A stretch of 64,000 nt of DNA from a phage: NCBI GenBank assembly GCA_026683435.1, contig GCA_026683435.1_4866.1. One strand, 5' to 3'. Position numbers and translations under genes: made by a program. The notes beneath the pieces were generated by a model, which did no database searches, was not told the origin of the DNA, and was given only the letters and a program-made list of their open reading frames with translations. The number at the start of each line of letters is the position of its first letter. Position 1 is the first letter of the stretch. Of this stretch, positions 30,401 through 39,300 are shown piece after piece.

Positions 30401-31692
30401 TCGGCTTTAACTTCGAGTTTCTTCGGATCGATGGTCAGGCCTTCGCCGTACGTCTCTTTAGGATTGTACGGGTTGGGTAAGTTTACGAAACGTTTAGAAG
30501 ATTCGTTCAGGAACTGATACGCTTTGGCGGTGACGCGGCCCGCTTCTGCCAGGCGCTCAACTTCCTGTTTAATCACAGCATCGTGTGGGATGGTGCGTTC
30601 TACGACGATGGTGGTTGGTTTGACATCTTCTTTCGGCGCTTCGATGACCAGATCTTCTTTCTCATCGAACTCATGATCGTTCAATATATCGTCAACGTTG
30701 TCGCTTTGTGTTGCTTCATCGTCGACGATATCGAGGGTTTCTTCCGGTTTACTGGCAACGGCTTCAACAACATCGTCGTCCTCTCCCAGATGTACGCGTT
30801 CGTCCCCTTCCGGTGTAACGAACTCGTCATCTTCGTAGTCGGTAGACGGCGGTGTGGTCATCACAGTAGTCAGTGTACGGTAGAACATTCTGCCCATCTG
30901 TACGTCAGTCAAACGACCACCGGCAGACTTACGCATTCTTTCAATTACACCCATGTTCATGGATGTAAAACCACCGTTGTGCGTGAAGATAAAGTTCACA
31001 CGTGACAGCTGGTTCATGTCCATACCGTCAAACAGTGTTGCTTGCTGATCGCCGTACACCCAACCGAACAACTCCAGTAACCACAGGAGATTAAAGTCCT
31101 TAAAGCGCTCCAGTTTGGTTTTAACACGATCGTTATACGTCATTTTAAAACGATCGAAAGAAGGCAGTACGTTACCCAGTTCGATGATGTAGTAGTTCTG
31201 ACGCATGTACTCACGTGAGTCAGTTTTCATCTGGTTAGTTATCAGCAGCTGAATGTTGTGCAGACGTTCGTACCAGGACATCAGAGTATCAGGGTAGAAA
31301 TAATGCGGCAGCATCGGGGTGTAGTTTTCGATGAGCAGCACTTTCGGATCTGAACGCACCACGCCGTCTTCAATCATGCGACGAATACGACGATTGTTAC
31401 GATGGTACTGGAAGATTTGACGTTCTTGACCAACAACCGGTTTCTTACGCGGGTGGCCAATAATGCCGTCTTCAGGCAGCTGGAAGTGGTGACGAATCAT
31501 CGCCGGTTTTTCCAGCTGACCAAAACATGGTGTGGTTAACGGTGGTGCTAAAACCACCTGGTCTAAATCGATGGTGTGGTAGATAGAACCACGTGGGAGC
31601 TGGAGCTTCTCCAGCGGGATAATACGCGGACGACCGAACTCATCGGTCTTGCGCACGGTAAAGCGCTGGTTAAACTGTTTCAGAAAAATCAT
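27487..31692 (-). CDS. multisubunit RNA polymerase beta-like subunit (1401 aa)
   Basis: C-terminal half carries beta-like segments (IEDSNAISERF vs E. coli NFEDSILVSERV; AADKMV...EDGQELDIIFGRDSVDARIVGSIMRIG vs GDKMAGRHGNKGV...[26 protein letters not shown]); immediately downstream of the beta-prime-like gene. Confidence 0.6.
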   Translation of the reverse strand: MIFLKQFNQRFTVRKTDEFGRPRIIPLEKLQLPRGSIYHTIDLDQVVLAPPLTTPCFGQLEKPAMIRHHFQLPEDGIIGHPRKKPVVGQERQIFQYHRNNRRIRRMIEDGVVRSDPKVLLIENYTPMLPHYFYPDTLMSWYERLHNIQLLITNQMKTDSREYMRQNYYIIELGNVLPSFDRFKMTYNDRVKTKLERFKDFNLLWLLELFGWVYGDQQATLFDGMDMNQLSRVNFIFTHNGGFTSMNMGVIERMRKSAGGRLTDVQMGRMFYRTLTTVMTTPPSTDYEDDEFVTPEGDERVHLGEDDDVVEAVASKPEETLDIVDDEATQSDNVDDILNDHEFDEKEDLVIEAPKEDVKPTTIVVERTIPHDAVIKQEVERLAEAGRVTAKAYQFLNESSKRFVNLPNPYNPKETYGEGLTIDPKKLEVKAEPKKIERLVTDEAWAENTTDQIIRQYNQEIFPKDVLGAVASSQRLGLAIHNHTVEKEISVTGNIEHHTLRIQPIGGEPTTVRFSIPALTEDGTWVANGVEYTMRRQRVDVPIRKVSHDTVALTTAYGKNFVRRSDKVVNDYGRWLTNAIITRAVDPKNTEITDAKLANVFDPLSKLPRQYTEVARRVAAFNAIGYQWNFDIKQKAAFFNEGQLADADRVELVPVAKKPRSHVIVGMDKNSQLYRVDKDKTEPLGTLAEVFGVDTSKAPREMTELSLMGKSISLGFVFSYYLGLTGMLKHFGISYEVLSVGQRIDKGQFDSIIRLQDAKIAIVCENDQQRMIVNGLDRYIKHFTTYTESEVDREDIYLNLLRDADGLTPRYIKELKLMRTAFVDDMHARILRKMGEPETFIGLLERSNELLQTDHTLPEINGDEMMFIGNQRISYHIYTAMVRAMRNYNNAPNSNRKFELTQDMVWGAINSDPSVLLAPGANPVQNIKEKDVVTMGGTGGRNRKTMVYSTREFQPSDLGIISGNTVDNGDVGITAFATNNPRYDTVDGTTFKKDLDKLKPGEALSFIDGLVPDTLMDDAKRQNFVGIQFGSATSCVGATTTPYRTEQEKFVAHRTSVKHARVIDKPGKIVEVLNDHVKIKYDDGEEEAFPLGRWFGPHEGTYYPHTLVTKWKRGDKLPAGAVITYNEQHFEPDIYDPTQVSFKNGILATVALIEGEEVIEDSNAISERFAAKAEADVTKLKEVTMTFTQNLLEMVKEGDHVDVDSILCTFTDNLTGDMSGFSKEAAETLRELSSFAPRSGVRGFIDKIEVVYHGEVEDMTPSLAEMVRKYDRIRRKTALALKRDVPKDGRVNGDFRVEGVPLAYNSLCVRFYITHRVEMAAADKMVIANQLKTTVQEVMYGTNKTEDGQELDIIFGRDSVDARIVGSIMRIGTTNAVGYRGGENIGRILDGEDVPALPAKIN

Positions 31693-31710
31693 ACATGTGC
31701 CTTATGGGTA

Positions 31711-33324
31711 TCATTTCAACAGCGCAGCAGTCGTTCTTTTAATCACGTTGTTAACCGGATTGATTTTGAAACTGCCGTCTGTTGCAAACCAGTAGTTTTT
31801 CGAACTGACCCACTTCCGATTTTCCTCGAGCGCTTCGGTTGACATCGGGCAGTTTGCTGAGCCGGTGTCACCATCGTAGTCACCACCCAATCCACCTAAT
31901 CGGGATGGATGCGGTGCCATGGATTCCACAAAGGTTTTCACGGTACGGTCAGGGAAGCTAATTGCTCCCTTCTCTTTTAACGTGACCCAATCGTCTTCCA
32001 GTTCATGCAAATAGAGGGAAGAGGTGGTGGTCTCCAATCTTATGGTCGAGGAGTAAGTCGAACCGCGTCCCGTAACCGGATAACGCGTGATGAACGAGAA
32101 GTAGTCATTCCAAATATCGTAACCTGACAAATAGAGGAGTTCCGCTAAGCTCAGTCCGCGGACAAGCTTACGGTCACGTCCTTCCGGCAGGTCTTCAATA
32201 TCGTAAAAGATTTTGAAGCTGCGTTTGTCCTGGTAGATTAATGCCACGTAATGGTCCGGATCAATCATCAGCGGTTTATGTCGAAGCTCGCGCGCTTCCA
32301 TTCTGTTGATGAGTGTTTCGATGCCATCGTCGGTAGTGAAAAGGTCATACACCCGCCCGGAGACTTCCAGGAACTCACGCTTGAGTGTTTTGGTGTTAAC
32401 GCCGTATAAGTTGCCGTCCCCTGCCCGGATGTTACTGAGGTAACGTTCACGGATGTGGTATTGAGCCACAGGCAGTAATGCCTTCAGGGTTTGGTACAAA
32501 CCGATACGGGTATCCGTTGGACGAATCGCATCTTCGCGACCCATGACCTTGGAACCGGTTGAGAATGAAGACAGTACGTTACGCGTACCGTTCATTAACT
32601 TACGTGACGTCACTTTACGACGTGCAAAACCACCTTTACCATCCTGGATGTTGAAGAAGTACATCCAGATGTCATTAAAGGTTTGTTGGAGCTTCCAGCG
32701 AACCGGGTCAGTCAGTTCCGTTCGCGTACTGCGGTCGGGGATTGCACGCGCCAGAGAAATCAGACGACGGTAGAGTCCGCCAATCTCTTCTTCTTGGTCG
32801 CGGCCATCCTGACGAATGACCAAATCACGTAATCCCGCAGGCAGAACCAGCACATAGCGGCTGAGACTGACCGGACGGAACTTATTGAAGAAATCGACTG
32901 TCTCGTCGCGACGCATCGACTCGTTGCGACCCGGAGTCAGTTGTTCGTAGTAGCGTAGGAAGAAGTTGAAGCCGGTGTCTGCACCTTTATCACTGGGCAG
33001 AGCCGGCTCGAAATCTTTTTCTTTCTCATTCCAGATAGCGAATCGCTTCCCGGAACAGATTTCTTCGTACAGCTGTTTCAGCTGGAACAATGCCAAACAA
33101 ACGGTCGGCGAAATGATATCCAGTTTGATATCAATGTACGAGAACGTTGAGTCTCGTGCTTCGCTCCCTGTGAGGCCAAAAATTTCGGTTGAATACAGTC
33201 CTTCAGGGTGAAAGTTTTTCGTCAGTCCCTGAAAGGTGTCTGTTGTTGTAACTGGTTTTAAATGCGACACCAGGGACTTATTAACGTTCAGTAGATAAAA
33301 ATCTACCCAGTTAAGCTTTCTCAC
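31711..33324 (-). CDS. multisubunit RNA polymerase beta-prime subunit, N-terminal portion including the catalytic loop
   Basis: GLYSTEIFG (cf. GLFCARIFGP), YVLVLPAGLRDLV (cf. LPVLPPDLRPLV), GGLYRRLISLARAI (cf. NDLYRRVINRNNRL) and GGDYDGDTG (cf. NADFDGD); GTG start with AGGAG RBS. Confidence 0.75.
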   Translation of the reverse strand: MRKLNWVDFYLLNVNKSLVSHLKPVTTTDTFQGLTKNFHPEGLYSTEIFGLTGSEARDSTFSYIDIKLDIISPTVCLALFQLKQLYEEICSGKRFAIWNEKEKDFEPALPSDKGADTGFNFFLRYYEQLTPGRNESMRRDETVDFFNKFRPVSLSRYVLVLPAGLRDLVIRQDGRDQEEEIGGLYRRLISLARAIPDRSTRTELTDPVRWKLQQTFNDIWMYFFNIQDGKGGFARRKVTSRKLMNGTRNVLSSFSTGSKVMGREDAIRPTDTRIGLYQTLKALLPVAQYHIRERYLSNIRAGDGNLYGVNTKTLKREFLEVSGRVYDLFTTDDGIETLINRMEARELRHKPLMIDPDHYVALIYQDKRSFKIFYDIEDLPEGRDRKLVRGLSLAELLYLSGYDIWNDYFSFITRYPVTGRGSTYSSTIRLETTTSSLYLHELEDDWVTLKEKGAISFPDRTVKTFVESMAPHPSRLGGLGGDYDGDTGSANCPMSTEALEENRKWVSSKNYWFATDGSFKINPVNNVIKRTTAALLK

Positions 33325-33354
33325 TTTTTAGGCTCCTGAATTGGAAGAAACATT

Positions 33355-36300
33355 ATGGCAAAAAGAGGCAAAGACGGTTTCGATGATATCGATTTAGATA
33401 GACTCGACGACTGGGATGATTTCGGTGAACCACCCCGTCCCAAAGACGAGAAAAAACGAAGCCCGATACTCAGTACCCTGAATGTTGCCAGGAAGTCGGC
33501 GTTGTCAACTATCTGGCCAGAAGGGAAACGCGACCAAGTTATCCTCAAGGGGATGCCTAAGCCGGCAGCTGATGCATACGAGGGCTATCAGTCAGCGGCA
33601 GCTGCAGCAAAGGACATTTACGCCCATACGAAAGGGGAGCTTGAGAAGACCGAGCGCACGCTGAAGATGCAAGCGCGCCAACTCGGTCCGACAATGAAGA
33701 AATACTTGCCGGATGCAGTTACTAAGCGCATCGACAAGTGGTCAAAATCTGACCAGTTAGATTACCAGAACTACGATCCGAATCAGGCATTGATGGATCG
33801 TGAACTGGGCGACGTATTCTCAGGTGTGCCAAAGGACGCCGACGAACAACGTCAGCTGCAGGACCGCATGGTAGAGGATAAGCTCCGCGACAGCATCAAA
33901 GAGATGCGCGCGGATGCAATGCACCAAACCATGATTGGGATGGCGAAAGACATTAACCTGCTAACCGGGTTAAGCCGTGGGGTATTCTTAAACATCGAGC
34001 GTAAGAAACTCGAATTGCAATACCGTACCCTGTTCGCCATTCAAGACATCGTGAAGATGAAGCAGTCGGAGTTCGATCGTAACACGCCTGCTTTAGAAGC
34101 CATCGTGAAGAACACGGCGCTGCCAGACTACGCGAAGGAAGATTTCTCAGAAGTCCGTTGGGCAAACGTTAAACGCCAGGCTGCGGAATGGATGAACCCA
34201 TTGCGTTATGCTGACGGGTTTATGGACATGATTCGCGAAAATACCAAGAAGAAAATTTCTGGTATATTCGGCGAAGGTCGTGGTTTGTTAGAGTCTGTTC
34301 TCGGCATGGGTGTTGAAGACGATTTCGGCATGAGCGACAGCTCTTCGTTGACTGCCGAACGTCGCAAAACAAATGCTCGCGATAAAGCAACTGCATGGGG
34401 TAGCGGATTCCTTGCGAAGAAACTACTCGGCCCACAAATCGAGAAACTCCAGAAATGGACTCGTGAGGAGATGGAGAAAAATCCAGAGGTCATGAAACGC
34501 CTGCAGAAGGGCGCGTTCACCTTTGGTAATCTTTCCTCTATCTCGAACTCAGCTATCGCAGGCGAAACGCAAGGACCTTTGGCGGATTTGTTCCGGGTAC
34601 TGAATGAACTCGGTATTGTCCAACCGTTAAACCGTGAGAAAGCCTTCCTTGATGAGCGTAATGGCGAAACGTTAAGTCGCTCGGCGAAGTTTGACCGTAA
34701 AGCGTATCTTAGCCTGGTTGAAGTTATTCCTGCCTGGCTGGCAGAGATTAACAAATCTGTTCGTCGTGGCTATGGCGAACATGCCGATCTGGAATACGAC
34801 ATCACCAGTCGTGGTTTCGTGGACCGCAAAGTGGTCGGTAACCGTGTACGCAAAGCGGTTGCAAACGATGAGCAGCGCCTGCGTCTCCAAAATTCCATTA
34901 ACAGCACTGTGGATTTTGTTGACCGTGGCAAAACGCTCTCGCAGAAGGATCGGCAGCATCTTGCCGACTATATCGAGTCACGTGCCTCGCAGGGCCGCGC
35001 ATTCGACGTAGAAGCGATTCTGAAAGACCCGATGCATCTTCATCGGTATATGCCAGGAAACGCCGCAGAACGCATTAAGGAAGCGTTACAGGGGCATTCT
35101 GATAGCTTGGTCGGTGGTAGCAACGAATTAAGTAACGAGCTGGCCCGCAAAATCTCCACAGTGCAGTCATCTATCACCCAACGTCAGGCAATTATCGACG
35201 AGGCGGTGAATATTTACGGTGAGCGAGCATTGCGTGATGCGGGTATCTTTAACTACGACGCGAAGAGTGACACTTTCGGCGTGGATAAAGACCTGTCCGA
35301 TCCCTATACCTTGTTTAATGACTTGGCGATGGGTAAGACACGCAGCGGGCGTGCATTGACTCGTGACCAGGAGATTCAACGTAAGCTGCAAAACGGTTCG
35401 GCGTTAGGCGACTATCTGCGCCGAATGAACCAAGGGGCAAGTGGTGGTGCCGATGACACGTCGTTGCCGCCGGCTTTACGTGGCGGTGGTAAAGGCCGCG
35501 GAATGTCGCCTCGGCAGTTAGCCGCAGTTCTCTACGGTGAAACCTCGACTAACTTTGTTGAATTGTTGAGTCAACGTAACCGCGGCGAAGAAGCACCACG
35601 GAATAACTTTGACGGCATCATCGAAGCGATTCGGGGTAATAACAACAGCGACACCCTCCAGAAAATTCTGGAACACGTTAGAAGTATGGACGAAGAAGGG
35701 GTTCTCCTGGCTTCGTTAGCAGGGGGTGCTGGTTCTGGTGACGAAGAGATGGGACCACCTCGTCCTGGTGGTGGTAGCGGTGGCGGTAAACGCCGCCGTA
35801 TTATCATCGGTGAGGATGGGCTTATTCGTCGTTGGGGCGGTGTGTTGTTCGACACTGCAGCAGGAATCGGTGGCTTTGCAAAACGTGGTGTTAAAGGTGC
35901 CTGGAATAAACTGAATCAGTTCGGTGGCTGGGCGCGCGGTAAAATCGCGGGGATGGGCGGCGGAGAAGGTCCTGGTTTCTTAACCCGGATGCGTGGCCTT
36001 ATCAGCGGTAGTGTCCGTGGGGGCTTTGAAGCGGTAAGCTCTTTCGGTAAAGGATTGCTGGGTATCCGCGACGTTTACGATGACCATGGTAATGTTGTAC
36101 TGCAAGGTGCACGTCTGGAAGCTGGAGAATACTATCAGGTCATTGATGGTAAAATGGTTCAGCTGAAAACGCTGGACGACATCAAACTGGGGAGTGATAT
36201 TGTTGACTCCGCAGGTAATCTGGTATTAGCAGCCGCTGACTTAGCCGCTGCGGGTAAACTCCGCTACTATAAAGGCGGGAAAATCCAAGCACTGACCCAA

Positions 36301-39300
36301 GGTCTGGCCAGTAAGATTGGCTTAGGCTTTAATAAGGTGGCTAAGCTACCGAAACGGTTCCTGGATTTCCTGTCACCGAAAGCAGGCAGCATCGTTGGTA
36401 AGATTAAGGACTGGCTGAACGAGATTCCGGAGGGTGAAGAAAAGACACGTCTCCAGAAAGCGTTCAACCGCGTAACGAGCTTACCGGGTAAAGTGCTCGG
36501 TTTTGCGAAACGTGGTGTCGACCGTCTGAAAGACATGATTACCGACAACCCACTGACGCGTTGGTGGAAAGGCCGTAAAGATGGTGGGGGTGGTGGTTTC
36601 AGTATCTTCTCATCAACCGGAAAGAAAACCAACCACATTCTTATCCGTATCTACAAACTGTTGAACCAACGTTTACCGGGTGATCCGGAAGACGAAAGTT
36701 GGACAGAAGAAATGGAGAAGGGTGTCGGTGGCGGTGGTAGTACGATCGGCCGTGCAGTTCGCGGGGCGTATAATCGTGCGAAATCGTCGTTGTCTGAACG
36801 TTTTGGTGGACGTTGGTCAAGAACAAAAGCGTTCTTTGGTCGTGGACGTGACCGCCTGCGTGGTTGGTTCAGTGGTTTCCGAGGCCGGGCTGGGGATATG
36901 CTCGATGGGTATCGTGGAGCACGACACGACATTGCTACACGTTACGAAGTTGAACGTCGGTTGGCTGGACGTGATGACGACGTTGCTGAGTTTTATCGCA
37001 GTCATTTGAACGCGAAAGGTGGCCTTTCTGGCCGTAAAGTCTACGGTGACGCGAAGGACGACCTTGAGACCGCGCGCGATGCAGCAGGTCGGGTTATCAA
37101 CAAAGGGAAGAACGCTGCCAAATCTGCAGGTGCAAGGTTATTCGAACGCTTGGACCGAATGATTGGCTTGCAAGAGATGTCATGGTTTAACACCATGCGC
37201 GAATCAGTATCCCGTGCAGGTGGTGACGATGGCATTATTCGTACCATGTTTGCGAAGTTCGGTAAACGTAACAAGCCACCTGAAAGTGATGAAAAACGCG
37301 ACTACCTTAACTTCTTCAAACGTTGGCGTGAGAAACGTAAGGAGAAGAAAGAGAAAGCGCAGGGCTCCAAAGGGAAATCTGGCGGTCTGTGGGATATGGT
37401 GAAAGGCTTACCTATCATCGGTCCCATCGTCAGTATCTTGGGAACTGTGGGTAATATACTCGGTTCTATCACGAAATGGGGTGTGTTAAAACCAGTAGGT
37501 CTTTTAGGTAAGGCTGCGTGGAATGTCGGTAAGTTCGCAGTAACCCGTTTGGCGGCACCCGCGGTGTCCGCTGTGGCAACTGCGGCATCTGCCGTCGTGA
37601 CAGCAGTGGGCTGGCCGGCAATTCTTATCGGTGGTGCGATCGCTGCGGCTGGTTACGCCGCGTACAGGATTGCAACGACTACCTATACCCAGTACCTGGA
37701 TAAGATGCGTTTAGCTCAGTACGGTTTCCGTGATTACGATAAGTGGTCGTCGGACGACGGGGCGAAAGCGCGTTACTTAGAAGACGCATTGCGTGAGTAT
37801 GTGTCTTACGCGGAAGATGGCCAAGCCAGTCTCCGCGGGCTAAGTGGAAAAGACGTTCAGAAGTTAGCTGAAGGGTTCGGTATTAACGTCGAGGAAAAAG
37901 GCGAGATGTTGGCCTTCCAAGCGTTTATGCTTCAGCGCTTTATTCCGATTTATCTCCGCTGGATTACGGCACTGAAGTCAATGCCGAACAGTATCCAGTT
38001 GGCTGACGTCGGCGATGCGAAGAAAGTATCGAAAGAGGACATGCTGACTCTCTTCAACAAAATGAAGATGACTAAGGATGCAAAAGCGTTCTCTTCGTTA
38101 ACTGACCCACGCAAAGTCAACCAAGGTTTCTTCTCGAAGGCTTGGGACGTCGTAACCTTTACACCGAAGGAGTTTTTGAGCGGTGAAGAGGTTATGGAAG
38201 TGCAGAATGAAGTCGAGCGTGCAATCAAGTCCAGAATGGACGATAAGAAAGCACGTAAGTACGGAATGGCACCGGCCGTGGAGGGGATTAAATCCGCTGG
38301 CGTTGATGAAGCTATCAACAAACTAGGACAGCTGGATAACGAACGTAACAAAAATCTGGCGAAGGTAGAAGGTTGGGAAGACGGAACAGAGCAGGTTCAG
38401 ATTCAGGTAGACTGGAATGCGGTGCTCGACCAGAAAGACATGAATGCGATGGAATCGGTGCGTTGGAAGACTTACGGCTTTACCACCATCGATAACGCCA
38501 CCCGCACTTTGATCACGGTATTCGAGAAGAACGTCATCAAAGACATTGACGTGAAAACCGCAAGCTACAAAGGAGATTGGAAGAAAGCAATCGCCTCGAT
38601 GGTTCCAGACGCTATCGGCACACCGAAAGAAGATCGTTTGAAACGGTGGTTCTTTGACCGTTTCTTACCGGTATTCATGACGTATTTGGTTGGGGTGAAG
38701 CGTTACCTGCCAACAGCCGATCCGCTGAACTTGAAACTGACCGGCGGCTACCTGTACGAAATCAGTCTGATGATGTCAACTGCCTACAGCTTGAAAGGTG
38801 GTATAAGACAGTCGGTGTGGGAAGTGAATATCAACCCATTAGGGGGTGAGGCTAACACGAACCCATCGTCTATCAAAGCCGAGCTGGAAACGCTGAAGCT
38901 GTTGTCAAAAGAAGCTGACCTTGCCGTGCGTAACATGATTAAAGCCATTAAAAATAATGGCAAGCGTGCACGCTGGAAGGATCGTAACAAGAACCGCAGT
39001 TCTCTGGAAGTTACCGATGAAGATGAAGAAGACTCGAACATCAGTTCGGGAGATTCTTTGTCATCTGACGGTGCTCGCGCCTCAGGCTACATTCCATCGG
39101 GTACGAGTGGTGGTGTGCCGGGTAACTTGGGTCAAGTCGTCGATGCGGTTGGTGGTGTGCGGAACTACGCTGCAATGACCACTGGTTCGTCTTCGATTAA
39201 CCTGAGTGATGTGAAAGACGGTGATTATAAGTCACTGGCTGAAAAATACCCGATAGAAATGTTGGGTAGAAAGGGTGCGTTGAACGTTCCGAATATCAAA

